Shown piece by piece: positions 1 through 13,145 of a stretch of DNA of 64,000 bases. The stretch's first letter is position 1, and each line of letters starts with the position of its first letter. The notes under the pieces are model-generated. The model worked only from the letters and a program-made list of their open reading frames with translations. It did not search any database and had not been told where the DNA came from. Made by a program: the position numbers and the translations under genes. The DNA is taken from the NCBI RefSeq assembly GCF_036365525.1, contig NC_090380.1, forward strand, positions 82,283,658 to 82,347,657, written 5' to 3'. This stretch comes from Heterodontus francisci. Taxonomy: Eukaryota.

Positions 1-1464
1 ACAAACCAAACAAGAAAGTTCTTAGAGAAGTTCAATAGACAAAACAACCCAAAAGTTGCAGCGGGTAAATAATGTGAACTGCAGTATGGAGGGTTTGGTA
101 TAAAATGGAAGGTAGATCAATTTAACTCTGTTGTATAGTGTATAAACATGGTACTGAATAGGAAATGTAGAAAAAAACTGCAATAACCAGAAATCTGAAA
201 CAAAAAACACAAAATGCAATATGACAAGCAATATCTGTAAAGGAAAAAGAGAGGTTATGATGTTTCTGGTGTGTATTCTGTACCAGAACAGCAGATTGAA
301 AGGTAATGGGCAGCTTAGTAAGGTTAGGAAAATCAGAGGGAAAAGAAGGAAGATCAAAAGGGAGAGAATCAATAAATCACTCAGAGAAAGTAAGTAGGTT
401 GAATAACATACAAACTGCTTAACAGAAAACTGTTAGAGGTGGAGACAGAACTGTCCAAGAAGGGAGTCCAGATGGAGCATGTAAAAGTGAAGAATGAAGA
501 ATTGGAATCTTGGTAAATGAAATCCTGGAGAACAGAGAGAGAGAAAGAGAGAGCAGTCATAAATGTAATAGGTCAGGAAGCATACCTGAGTAGTAATTGG
601 AACAAAGAATTTTCAAGGTGGCCTCCCACAAGATAGGCCTAGCTGGGATTCGCGTAGATTTGCATAACAACATCTTTTATCTGGAGGGAGTGAGTGGTGT
701 TATAAGAAAATAAAAAGCAAAGACTATAAATGCTAGAATTCTGAAATGAAAACAGAAAATGCTGGAAATATTCCACAGATGGTCTGCATGTATGGAGAGA
801 GATAACAAGTTACCAATTCAGGTGAAATCTGCTGAGTGTTTCCAGCATTTTCTGGAGTTAAAATAGGTTGCTCAAACTGGCAAAAAGTTCAGCCAGGTAA
901 GAGGGTTGTGGTGGACAGGGAAAGGTTGATCTTCTTATCAAGGAAGGAGTGGAGGGCTCAGAGACTATCTTAGTGAGGGATGTAGAAGGACCACTTGCTT
1001 ATGGTGAACAGTCAACATAATAGGTCAGGAAGGGTGCCTAAGTAGGAATTGAAGGAAAGAATATTCAAGATATCCTGCACAGCAAGATCCCATATACTGG
1101 AATGATAATAATTAGATAATCTATTTTTTAGTGATATTGGTTGAGGGAAAGATGGCCATGGATTTGGGTGGCGACAAGATGTTCAAGTACTTTGACAAGG
1201 AAAGGGAAATTGGAGACGGGGTGGTAATTTGCAAGGACAGAAGGATAAATAGTAAAATATATATTGAAGTACTCCTTGACAGTCAGATACCATTGCTGAT
1301 TCTGAGTGCTCAACTTGTTTGCTGACAATCCCAGTAAAATGCATTTGAAAGTTACAAATCAGCCCATAAATGACTTATACAGTCATCAGTGGCTCTGAAT
1401 AGCCAGTGAGTTCAGTTAAACGAGTCCACAGTTTCGGACTATCTTAATCAGGAAATTTGTGCCT

Positions 1465-1511
1465 TTAGACTTGTACGTTCACTTGATAACATAAACCTTG
1501 GCCATACAGTT
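1465..1511 (-). CDS. Possible short cytoplasmic-tail exon (K)LYGQGLCYQVNVQV*
   Basis: Acceptor ttacactcag| after a 96-bp intron gives an in-frame tail. The real tail could instead lie outside the window. Confidence 0.3.
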
Positions 1512-1607
1512 CTGAGTGTAACATAAAATTCCAAATATGCTAGCTACAAGAATTTTTTTTGAATTAAAAATAAAGTTACATTGAAATCTAAAAACACAAT
1601 CACTTAC

Positions 1608-1712
1608 TTGATATTGAATATGTACAAAGTACTGCAATAACCACAGACACCATGAGTGCAATTAGACTGACAACTGTCAGCATTATCCATGATAGTTTAT
1701 CACCGGCAGGAC
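1608..1712 (-). CDS. Transmembrane exon: (G)PAGDKLSWIMLTVVSLIALMVSVVIAVLCTYSIS
   Basis: 105-bp phase 1-1 exon with acceptor attctcaacag| and donor |gtaagt, in frame with the C1 exon. About 23 uncharged hydrophobic residues. Confidence 0.85.
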
Positions 1713-2599
1713 CTGTTGAGAATTATTTAGGACATGCATCAAAAGCTGTATTGAATAACATACCACAAAGCAGGACATAAGACTTTAGCCTTTTATTTTT
1801 CTTCAAAGTTAACTGTTAAATAAGTTCACATGTCAATAACCATGAAGGGAATGTGATCAGTTTGGTAAACAAAATACTTTCTGTAAGTTATTTATTTTTT
1901 GTAGATTTCATTGACCCTATTGTGCACAGCTAACGCATGCCTATGCCATTGTACATTAAAATGCCTGCGGAAAAAAAATTGAATTTCAATCCACGGTTTC
2001 TCCATCTTTTCAGCAGCTTTAAACAAAGGTTTTAAACACCACAGTCACAATGGAGATCACACCTTCAATAAAAGTCAAAATCCCTGAAATTCCAGGAAAC
2101 AGACAACCACTTGTCTATCTGATTTGGCCCTGTCCAAAGGTAATTCCAACAATTTTCAAAATGGCACTTGGATGCTTTATCAGAGGATTGTTTGGGCTGG
2201 CCTGATCACAGTATTCAAAGACCGAAATTTTCCTGAATGCTTCTTTCATTATGTGCCAACACTCTAATGGCAGTTGATCTCATAGTAGACATCTCTTGCC
2301 ATTGGAATAAGCATTGTGGCGCCTACTTATGGCTGTCACACACAGATGTACTTACTTTTGTTCATACTCTGGGTATAACGGGAGTGATTGCCAAGGAATC
2401 AATGATCCTGCCAATCAGACCTCTAAGTATGATGTTATGATGGAAAGAAGCACTCTGGGATTTAGCAATTAAACAGTAAGAGGTAGAAACTGGGTGGAAA
2501 AGGTGCTGTCCTAAAATCCTCTCCACCACCCAGATTCAGATTGTGCTGATTCAGTACCCAAGGTGGACTGGAATTTCTGGATCATCGTGTTTTTTTTTT

Positions 2600-4790
2600 T
2601 GGAGATGAGTTATCAGTTACCTGTTTGAAGAAAATAAAGTATTTGGACAAGTTAATAATTTAGGGAGGGAATTGCAGAGCTCAGGGCCTAGAGCTGAATA
2701 CACAGCTACCAATGGTGGAGCAATTAAAATCAGGGATGCACAAGAGGCTAGAATTAGAGGAGCACAGATATCTTGGAGGGTTATGGGGCTGGAGGAGATT
2801 ACAGAGATAGGGAGAGGTGAGGACATGGAGGGATTTAGAAACCAAGGATGAGAATTTTAAAATCGAGGCATTGCTTGACCAGGGAGTCAATGTAGGTCAG
2901 CAAGCACAGGGATAATAGTTGAATGAAACTTGGTGTATGTAAGAGCATGGATGAACTCAAATTATGGTGGGTAGTCTGTGGGAGACCAGCCAAGAGCACA
3001 TTTGTATAGTCAAGTCTAGAAGTAACAAAGGCATGAATGAGTTTGTCAGCAACTGATGATCCAAGGCAGGGGTGAAGTCAGGCAATGTTACAGCAGTGGA
3101 AATAGGCAGTCTCAGCAATGGCACGGATAAGTGATCGGAAGCTCATCTTGGGGTCAAATATGACAACAATGTTGTTACCATCCTGGTTCAGTCTCAGGCT
3201 GTTGCCAGGGAGAGGGATGGAATGGGTAATGAAGGAATGGAATTTTGGAGCGGTGTCCGAAACAATGGCTTCAGTCTTCCCAATATTTAATTGAAGGAAA
3301 TTTGTGCTCATGCAGTACTGGATGTCGGTTAAGCTGTCTGATAATTTAGCAACAGTGGAGGAATTTAGAGAGGTGGTGGGTTACAGCAGGGTGTCGTCAA
3401 CATAAATGTGAAAACTGACACTGTGCTTTCGGATGATGTTGCCAAGGGGCAGTATGTAAATGAGAAATAGGAGGGGGGCTATGGATAGATTGGGGGACAC
3501 CAGAGATAACGGTGCAGGAGCAGGAAGAGAAGCAATTGCAAGTGATTCTCTGGTTACGATTAGGTAGATAAGAATGAAAGCAGGTGAGAGCAGTACCACC
3601 CAACTGGACAAAAGTGGAGAGGTATTGGAGGAAGATGTTGTGATCAACTGTGTCAAAGGCTCAGTCAAGTCAAGAATGATGAGGAGGGATAGTTTACTTT
3701 TGTCACAGTCACATAGGATGTCATTCATGACTTTGATAAAAGATGTTGCAGTACTGTAACAAGGGCAGAAACCTGATTGGAGGGAATCAAACATGGAGTT
3801 CTGGGAAAGATGGACATGGACTTGGGAGGTGACAACACATTCAAGAACTTTGGAAAGGAAAGGGAGGTTGGAGATGAGGCAGTTGTCTGCAAGGATGGTG
3901 GGGTGAAGGGTTGGCGTTTTGAGGAGAAGGGTGATAACGGTGGATTTAAAGGAGAGAGGGACAACACCTGTAGATAGAGAACCATTAACATTATCAGCTG
4001 ACATGGGGACCAGGAGGGAAGTTGGCTGTTGAGCAGTTTAGTGGGAATAGGGTTGAGGGAGCAGGAGGTGGATCTCATGGACAATATGAGCTCGGAGAGG
4101 GCATGAGAGGAAATAGAAGAGAAACTAGAGAAAGATGTAAGTTCAGGGCTAGGGCAGGGGGGAACATTATAGGAAGTTTAGCCAGGTGGAATAGGGGAAG
4201 GGAGGGACACAGCAGAGGTGGCTGATCGGATGGTCTCAATCTTAGCGACCAATTTGTGCACGAGCTCCTCACACATTGTTGGAGGTGAGGGTGGGAGAGA
4301 TAGGGGTAAGGTGTTTAAAAAGACAGTTTGCAATAGAAAAGAAGTCGGGGGTTATCTTTGCATTCCAAGGTGATCCTGGAATAGTGAAGAGTTTCAGCAG
4401 ACTAGAGCAGGACCGTTGCTTTATGTGTGCTGGCCAGATCAGGCAATGAATGGCCAAACCAGTTGTCTGCCACAACCTTTCAAGCCTGCATCCCTTGGAC
4501 CTGAGGGAATAGAAATGAGGGCCATTCCAGGGGGAATGACCAAGGTGAGAGAGAGTAATGGTTTTATTGGGGACGAGGGTCTCAATGGTGCAGTTGAGGG
4601 TGCAGCTGAGCAAGTCAGTAGCTGCAGGCAAACAAAAGACTGAATGCTGGACAGTTGAAATTTTGTTAGTGCAGTTGTAAGTGAATTAGGCGATAGTTTT
4701 CCCAGGGTGCATAGAGAAGGAGGTAGGATTGGGGGATGGAAGGGGAATGTGGGTGGAGAGTAATACAAAGGATGATACCAGTGCCACATT
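2600..4790 (-). mobile_element. Degenerate L2-clade LINE (RT region and 3' end)
   Basis: Broken ORFs with PISNLPFLSKVLE-like, QSGF, LDL(S/T) and YVDDT motifs, then LQLNIGKTE. Confidence 0.85.
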
Positions 4791-4890
4791 CATATAGATA
4801 TCTTCTTCAAATCATAAAAGGCAAAACAAAATTGGAATCATATAACTTCAAGTTTGCAGTGTCCAAATAAAAACACATGGGCATTCTTAC

Positions 4891-5196
4891 CTTGGTTACT
4901 AGCAGAAATCCATTCATTGATGGGTGCAGACAGTGTCGTGTGGTTCACCTGACAGGAATAATTTCCACCTTCATTCCAGTCAGATTCAGAAAGATTCAGA
5001 AAATTTGTGATGGAAAATGAGCCATCACTGTTTGCATGCAGGGTCCCATTTTTGGTGCCATTGGTGAATAACTGCCCACCTTTAAACCAGGACACTTGAA
5101 TGCCTTCAGGAAAGAACTCCAGTGATGTGCAGACTAGCTGTATACCTTCATTAGGGTAAGACAGAGTCTCTGCTTTTAACTGGACAGTTGGGCAAG
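4891..5196 (-). CDS. C1-set Ig domain exon
   Basis: 306-bp phase 1-1 exon with acceptor tgactttcag| and donor CAAG|gtaaga. (A)CPTVQLKAETLSYPNEGIQLVCTSLEFFPEGIQVSWFKGG...NSDGSFSITNFLNLSESDWNEGGNYSCQVNHTTLSAPINEWISASNQ shows the C1 hallmarks CxxxxF(F/Y)P, W, NxDGxF, W and YxCxVxH. Confidence 0.93.
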
Positions 5197-6329
5197 CTGA
5201 AAGTCAATTGTAGCAGGTTATTCAACATGTACTGTTCAGACTGCATGTCATTTTGTATTGAGTACTCCCATATGCTTGGTTAGGACACACAGGGGTGATT
5301 TTCAATTGCCGACCATCTATAGTTCACCTAAAATTCAAGGCGAGCAATTGAAAATCGGGGAGAGGGCATCACAGCCATCCCATTGATGCCCAAAGGCAAC
5401 CTGATACAATTTTCAGGCGAGCCTGTAAATGGGAAAGCTGGATACCTGTCTGAAATACCCAAGAGATAGTTTAAACATGAAAATCATGGTCCTATGCAGT
5501 TGTAGAACCCTGAGTGTAAGCTGGTATAATTGAGCAGAGCTTGTGCCATGAACCCTCCTCCCAGTTATACCAGACATTCAGCAGCCTGTAGGAGGGCGGG
5601 GGTGGGGGCAGTGGCAGGGCCAGAAGAGCAGGACTGTTCAGGCCTCACTTGGCACAAATTTGGGTGCTACTTGACAATCGATCCTATAACCTGTTGTACC
5701 AAATACCACATTTCGTGACCCAAAGTTGATATAACTCCCTTTGTTACTAGGCCTGACCATTTCCACTTATATTAAAGATCATAAACACACAAAATACAAA
5801 TAAAACAAGCGGTTTTTAACTGTTACACTATTATTTCTATACATATTAGCAATGTCAGCCTAAGCTTTTGCTGTATGGCTGTCCCTCAGTACAGTGTGCT
5901 CTTTTACAACACCATATTGAATACACTATTAATATTTTTTCAGCTGTTATTCAACTTTTAAAAGGTCAGCAAAAGTTCATGCAGTTGGATTAATAATGTT
6001 AAATAATGTTAATAATGTTCAACCTTGGGGTTGAATTTCCTGTCAATTTGCACCAGCAAAAAAGTGCAATCATAATGGTGATTTCTGGCACAAAGTTCGT
6101 TAAATTCAGGCATAAATAACTTACACTCGTTCTTACACTACACCTGAATTTCCTCACTGTTTTATGTACGCCTATCCATCATTGCAACCACTCGCATCTC
6201 AACTCATTATAGTGGCTCCACCCACAAGCTAATGTTGGAGAGGTGATTTCCTGCCATTACACTGGTTCCAAATGGATGTAGAATTAAGCCCAGAATTCTA
6301 AGCCAGCAACAAACTGTAATTTTTCCAGT

Positions 6330-6900
6330 AGAATAGAGTCATAGAATGATAGAATGGTTACAGCACAGAAGGAGGCCACTCAGCCCATCAAGCAGGTGCC
6401 GGCTCCCTGCAAGACCAATTTAGCTGGTTCCATTCCCCAATCCTTTCCCTGTAGTCCTGCAAACATTTTGCCTTCAGGTACTTATCCAATATTCTTTTGA
6501 AGGCCATGATCAAATTTGTCTCCACCACACGTACCGGCAGTGCATTCCAAAAACTGTTGTGTAAAGATTTTCCTCATGTTGCCTCTTGTTCTTTCACCAA
6601 TCACTTTAAATCTGTGTCCTCTGGTTCTCGACCTTTTCACCAATGGGAACAGTTTCTATCTATTCTGTCTAGACCTCTCATGATTTTGAACACTTTTATC
6701 AAATCTCCTCTCAATCTTCTCTTCTCTTTGGAGAACAACCCCAGCTTCTCAAATCCATCCACATAACTAAAGTCCCTCATCTCTGGACCCATTCTCGTAA
6801 ATCTATTCTGCACCCTCTCTAACCCATTCACATCCTTTCTGAAGTGTGGTGCTCAGGATTGGACACAATACTCCAGTTGAGGCCAAATGAATGTTTTGTA
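6330..6900 (-). mobile_element. CR1 LINE 3' fragment
   Basis: LERVQNRFTRM...LGLFSKEKRRLRGDLIKVFKIM. Confidence 0.85.
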
Positions 6901-9900
6901 AACATAGGAACGTAGGAGCAGGAGTAGGCCATTCAACTGATCGAGCCTGTCCCGCCATTCAATATGATCATGGCTGATCATCCACTTCAATGCCTTTTTC
7001 CCACGCTAACCTCACATCCCCTTAAGTCATTTGTATTTAGAAATCTGTCAATCTCTGCTTTAAACATATTCAATGACTGAGCTTCCACAGCCCTCTGGGG
7101 TAGAGAATTCACAACCCTCTGAGGAATGAAATTTCTCCTCATCTCTGTCCTAAGTGGCCTCCCCCTTATTTTGAAATTGTGTCCCCTGGTTCAAGACTCC
7201 CCAGCCAGAAGAAACATCTTACCTGCATCTACCCTGTCTATCCCTTTAAGTATTTTGTAGGTTTCAATAAGATCACCTCTCATTCTTCGAAACTCTAGAG
7301 AATACAGGCCCAGTTTCCCCAATCTCTTCATAAGACAGTTCCGCCATTCCGGGAACAGGTCTGGTGAATCTTCGTTGCACTCCCTCTATGGCAATAATAT
7401 CCTTCCTAAGGTAAGGGGACCAAAACTGCACACAGTACTCCAAGTGCAGTCTAAGTGCAGTCGGCGCAGGCTTGGAGGGCCGAATGGCCTGTTCCTGTGC
7501 TGTACTGTCCTTTGTTCTTAACCAAGGTTCTATACAATTGAAGCAAGACTTCACTACTTCTGTACTCAAATTCTCTTGCGACAAAAGCTAATACTATTAG
7601 CCTTCCTAATTGCTTGCTGCACCTGCATGTTAGCTTTCAGTGACTTATTGACAAGGACACCCAGGTCCCTTTGTACATTTACACTTTCTAATCTCTTTCC
7701 ATTTAAGAAATACTCAGCATATCTATTCCTCCTACCAAAGTAGATAACCTTACACTTTTTCCACATTATATTCCATCTGCCACATTCTTGCCCACTCACT
7801 AAGTCTGTCCAAATCCCCTTGAAGCCGCTTTGCATCTTCCTCACAACACACATTCCCACCAAGTCATCCTCGAACTTGGAAATACTACTTTTGGTCCCCA
7901 CATCCAAATCATTGATATATATTTTGAACAGCTGGGACCCAAGAACTGATCCCTGTGGTACCCCACTAGTCACAGCCTGCCAACGCAAGAATGACCCGCT
8001 TCTTCCTACTCTGCTTTCTGCATGTTAACCAATCCTTAATCCATGCCAGTATATTACCTCCTACCCCATGTGTTTTAATTTTGCTAACCAATCCCTTGTG
8101 GGGGACTTTATTAAAAGCTTTATGAAAATACAAGTATACCATGTCCACCGACTCCCCTTTATCAATTCTTCTTTTGGGCCTCCTTATCTCGAGAGACAAT
8201 GGATACGCGCCTGGAGGTGGTCAGTGGTTTGTGAAGCAGCGCCTGGAGTGGCTATAAAGGCCAATTCTGGAGTGACAGGCTCTTCCACAGGTGCTGCAGA
8301 GAAATTTGTTTGTTGGGGCTGTTGCACAGTTGGCTCTCCCCTTGCGCCTCTGTCTTTTTTCCTGCCAACTACTAAGTCTCTTCGACTCGCCACAATTTAG
8401 CCCTGTCTTTATGGCTGCCCGCCAGCTCTGGCGAATGCTGGCAACTGACTCCCACGACTTGTGATCAATGTCACACGATTTCATGTCGCGTTTGCAGACG
8501 TCTTTATAACGGAGACATGGACGGCCGGTGGGTCTGATACCAGTGGCGAGCTCGCTGTACAATGTGTCTTTGGGGATCCTGCCATCTTCCATGCGGCTCA
8601 CATGGCCAAGCCATCTCAAGCGCCGCTGACTCAGTAGTGTGTATAAGCTGGGGATGTTGGCCGCTTCAAGGACTTCTGTGTTGGAGATATAGTCCTGCCA
8701 CCTGATGCCAAGTATTCTCCGAAGGCAGCGAAGATGGAATGAATTGAGACGTCGCTCTTGGCTGGCATACGTTGTCCAGGCCTCGCTGCCGTAGAGCAAG
8801 GTACTGAGGACACAGGCCTGATACACTCGGACTTTTGTGTTCCGTGTCAGTGCGCCATTTTCCCACACTCTCTTGGCCAGTCTGAACATAGCAGTGGAAG
8901 CCTTACCCATGCGCTTGTTGATTTCTGCATCTAGAGACAGGTTACTGGTGATAGTTGAGCCTAGGTAGGTGAACTCTTGAACCACTTCCAGAGCGTGGTC
9001 GCCAATATTGATGGATGGAGCATTTCTGACATCCTGCCCCATGATGTTCGTTTTCTTGAGGCTGATGGTTAGGCCAAATTCATTGCAGGCAGACGCAAAC
9101 CTGTCGATGAGACTCTGCAGGCATTCTTCAGTGTGAGATGTTAAAGCAGCATCGTCAGCAAAGAGGAGTTCTCTGATGAGGACTTTCCGTACTTTGGACT
9201 TCGCTCTTAGACGGGCAAGGTTGAACAACCTGCCCCCTGATCTTGTGTGGAGGAAAATTCCTTCTTCAGAGGATTTGAACGCATGTGAAAGCAGCAGGGA
9301 GAAGAAAATCCCAAAAAGTGTGGGTGCGAGAACACAGCCCTGTTTCACACCACTCAGGATAGGAAAGGGCTCTGATGAGGAGCCACCATGTTGAATTGTG
9401 CCTTTCATATTGTCATGGAATGAGGTGATGATACTTAGTAGCTTTGGTGGACATCCGATCTTTTCTAGTAGTCTGAAGAGACCACGTCTGCTGACGAGGT
9501 CAAAGGCTTTGGTGAGATCAATGAAAGCAATGTAGAGGGGCATCTGTTGTTCACGGCATTTCTCCTGTATCTGACGAAGGGAGAACAGCATGTCAATAGT
9601 CGATCTCTCTGCACGAAAGCCACACTGTGCCTCAGGGTAGACGCGCTCGGCCAGCTTCTGGAGCCTGTTCAGAGCGACTCGAGCAAAGACTTTCCCCACT
9701 ATGCTGAGCAGGGAGATTCCACGGTAGTTGTTGCAGTCACCGCGGTCACCTTTGTTTTTATAGAGGGTGATGATGTTGGCATCGCGCATGTCCTGGGGTA
9801 CTGCTCCCTCGTCCCAGCACAGGCATAGCAGTTCATGTAGTGCTGAGAGTATAGCAGGCTTGGCACTCTTGATTATTTCAGGGGTAATGCTGTCCTTCCC

Positions 9901-10810
9901 AGGGGCTTTTCCGCTGGCTAGGGAATCAATGGCATCACTGAGTTCCGATTTGGTTGGCTGTATGTCCAGCTCATCCATGACTGGTAGAGGCTGGGCTGCA
10001 TTGAGGGCAGTCTCAGTGACAGCATTCTCCCTGGAGTACAGTTCTAGGTAGTGCTCAACCCAGCGGTCCATCTGTTTGCGTTTGTCAGTGATTATGTCCC
10101 CCGATTTAGATTTGAGGGGGGTGATCTTCTTGATGGTTGGCCCAAGAGCTCTCTTCATGCCATCATACATTCCTCTGATGTTTCCGGTGTCTGAGGCCAG
10201 CTGAATATGACTGCATAGGTGTTGCCAGTAGTCGTTTGCGCAACGCCTAGCTGTTCTTTGTGCAGTACTTCTGGCTGCTTTAAGTGCTGCGGATGTTAAA
10301 TCGCTGGGGGCTTTCTTGTAGTTCAAAAGTGCAATGCGCTTAGCGGCTATGACAGGTTCCAGCTCTTCATTATGATGGTTCATTTTTATGGTAACAATGC
10401 TGTTAGTAAAATCCTCAAAAAACTCCAACAGGTTTGTCAAACCTGATTTCCCATTCATAAATCCATGTTGTCTATTCCCAATTAGATCATTATTATCCAA
10501 GTATCCATTTATCACAACCTTCAGAAGAGATTCTAGAATTTTCCCAATGACTGATGTAAGTCTAGGAGGTCTGTAATTCCCTGTTTTCTCCCTCCCTCCC
10601 TTCTTAAATAGTGGGGTGACATTTATGACCTTCCAATCTGCAGGAACCGCTCCAGAATTTATAGAAGATGATCACCAATGTATCCACTATCTCCATACCT
10701 ACCTCTTTCAACACACTTGGATGTAGAATATCAGGCCCTGGGGACTTATTAACCTTCAGCCCCATTAATTTTTCCAATATAACCTTATTACTAATACTAA
10801 TTTCCTTGTA
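6901..10810 (-). mobile_element. Degenerate CR1 LINE interrupted by an RTE insertion (CR1 parts ~6901-8169 and ~10390-10810)
   Basis: QHGFMNGKSGLTNLLEFFE on one side of the RTE continues as RIDKGESVDMVYLYFHKAF, SGVPQGSVLG and LEYCVQFWSP on the other. Confidence 0.85.
8170..10375 (-). mobile_element. RTE-clade LINE, 5'-truncated, uninterrupted RT ORF with C-terminal Cys/His finger
   Basis: About 720 open codons: KAPGKDSI, NYRGISLLS, QCGFR, FIDLTKAFD, GVKQGCVLAP, LFADD, YLGS, CSTCGRACHSRIGLYSH. Short 3' UTR with an A-rich repeat tail. Confidence 0.95.
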
Positions 10811-12299
10811 AAAGTTGATCATAACCTCTTTGCTTTTGTACTTTTGCCTCTATTAATAAAGTCCAAGATTCCGTATACCTTTTTAACCACTTCCTCAACT
10901 TGCCCTGTCACTTTTAACAATTTGCTTATTTATCATTTATTTGAAGGCATTTTTATGGTATTCTTATGATTCGCATTAAAAATTTAAAGCTTCTATGATT
11001 ACATGTCTTAAACATGGTGGTGTAGAGTTGGGTGCAATTGGTGATTCCGGTGCAAACTGCACCCAAAATTACACTCATTTTGAAAAGTCCTTTTATTCCC
11101 TGAGTTTCTTCCTCAAAAGGCATATTTTTAACGCAGAGGTAAATAGATTCTTGATAAGCAAGAAGGTTAAAGGTAATCGGGAGTAGGGGGGAATGTGGAG
11201 CTAAGGTTACAATCAGATCAGCCATGATCTTATTGAATGGCGGAGCAAGCTCAAGGGCCCGAGTGGTCTACTCCTGTTCCACTCAAACTCGGCATTTCGC
11301 CAAACACAATATCTGCCATGCACTAGGACAATGTTTTAAGAAGTAATTTTTCTTTTTAAATTTGCTTTCAAAGATTTTCCTTCATATATTTAAAAGTGGT
11401 AACTCTGTGAAGTTTGATTAAAATGCTGAATATAGCTTTATCACAAAAACTGCACATTTTTAATCACAGTGTCAATCCACCATCTCAAGGAACCCAATTT
11501 TAAATGAGAGATTGACTTAAAGGAACATTAGACGATTTTCTAGTTATATTGACGTACATTAGTCATTTTTTTTTAGTTAATTAAAGCAAAAATTATATTT
11601 AAAAGCTTTTAAAATGTACTTTTGTGTCCTAAAAAACCATCTTAATTATTAAAGTCTCCCTGGAGGCCTGCAAATGAGTGCAATTAGCTGGAACTGTCAA
11701 TGGTGATTAATTCACCCTGGGGTCATGGCCAGTTTAGTGGGCAAGGCCTGCTTCTAGCGGATTGCTTTTAAAACTAATGAAAAGGCCATGGAATCTCGAG
11801 TTGCACTAAATGCAAATTGTGCTTAAAATTCCGATTTTGGCCAAATAGCACAGAAAAGGCAGCACAGTCGAATGGAAACTTCAGGTCAGTGCGCCTAATG
11901 CGAATGAATGATAGGTAGATGGCTTGAAACTTTAAATCTATTTTAAGTAGGAATATATGGCGTGAGTTTGCTGCTTTTCTTGGACCCCAATTATTTACAT
12001 TCATTTCGCTTATTTTTGTGTTCCGGCATATGTGAATGAGATTGGCAGGAAATTCGGGTGTCAATAGTCATCGGCAAAATGGATGCATAAATAGGTGCAC
12101 ATATGGGTGGGACTTCCTGTTTATGCCCCCACAGGAAATTCCTACTATTTAATGCAATGATGGATCACTTATAGTGGATGAATGGAGCAATTAAACTACA
12201 TTAGATTTAAATGTACAATATATAAGGCAGCTCAAAAACTCCTGATTTATCACAGGAAGTGCCATTCATTTGAAAAACTCTCTCTAATACCGTCTGCTG

Positions 12300-13000
12300 C
12301 TAAGGCCCACTGTCTGAGATTAAACTAGACAGTTCGCCATCTTGGCATCTTATTTGATCCTGAGCTTCTAACCTGATATCCACTCCATTATCAAGACTGC
12401 ATATCTATCTTCATAACATCATCTGTCTCTGCCTCTGCTGTAGTTCATCTGTTACTGAAACCCTCATCTATGCCTTTCTTACCTCTAAGCTTGACTATTT
12501 AAATGTTCTCTTGGTTGGCCTCCCACCTTGCACTCTCCGTAAACTTGACCTCATCCAAAACTCTGCTGCCCTAACTTGCACTGTTCCGTTTACCCATCAC
12601 CCTGTGCTTGCTGACCTATAATGGCTCCCAGTCTGGAAATGCTTTAATTTAAAAATTCTCATCCTTGTTTTTAAATCCCTCTATGGCCTCTCCTCTCTAT
12701 CTCTTTAACATCCTCCAGCCCTACAACCCTCAGAGATATCTGTGTTCTTCTAATTGGGGCCTTTTCCGCATCCCAATTTTCTTCACTCCACCGTTGGTGG
12801 CTGTACCAACAGATGCCAAGGCCTTAAGCTTTGAAATTCCTTCCTTAAGCCTCTCTGCCTTTCTATCTCTCTCTCCTCCTTTAAGATGCTTCTTAAAACC
12901 TACCTCTTTGAGCGAGCCTTTGCCCATTTGCCCTAATACCTCCTTGGTTCGGTGTCAAATTTTGTTTGAAAGTATTCCTGTGAAGCAACATGGGACATTT
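12300..13000 (+). mobile_element. L2-clade LINE 3' fragment
   Basis: Similar to the reverse complement of the L2 3' region at ~2650-3200 (ctccagccctacaaccct..gatatctgtg). Confidence 0.7.
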
Positions 13001-13145
13001 TACTATGTTACCATTGTGGATGTTCCCTTATTTTCTACTTTCTTTCCTACAATATTTAGAGAAATGCTGGTTGTGAAGTATAAACTGTTAAAATCAGAGG
13101 GGTGATAGATGCATGGTGTTTTTGAGTTATGGATGTAAAACTCAC

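Noticed and set aside
2356-2410. Extra stalk exon between C1 and TM (strong gtaagt donor near 2355)
   Set aside because: The candidate acceptors give either a stop or a phase-2 end incompatible with the phase-1 TM exon.
8221-10515. 764-aa ORF as a host gene
   Set aside because: It is RTE reverse transcriptase fused by chance to a CR1 fragment.
11465-11505. CACAGTG heptamer as an RSS in the V-C1 intron
   Set aside because: No ACAAAAACC-like nonamer at 12 or 23 bp. CACAGTG also occurs incidentally in the SINE heads.
12111-12260. ETS/GATA motif cluster as an intronic lymphoid enhancer
   Set aside because: Short motifs are expected by chance and lie next to probable transposon remnants; no independent support.
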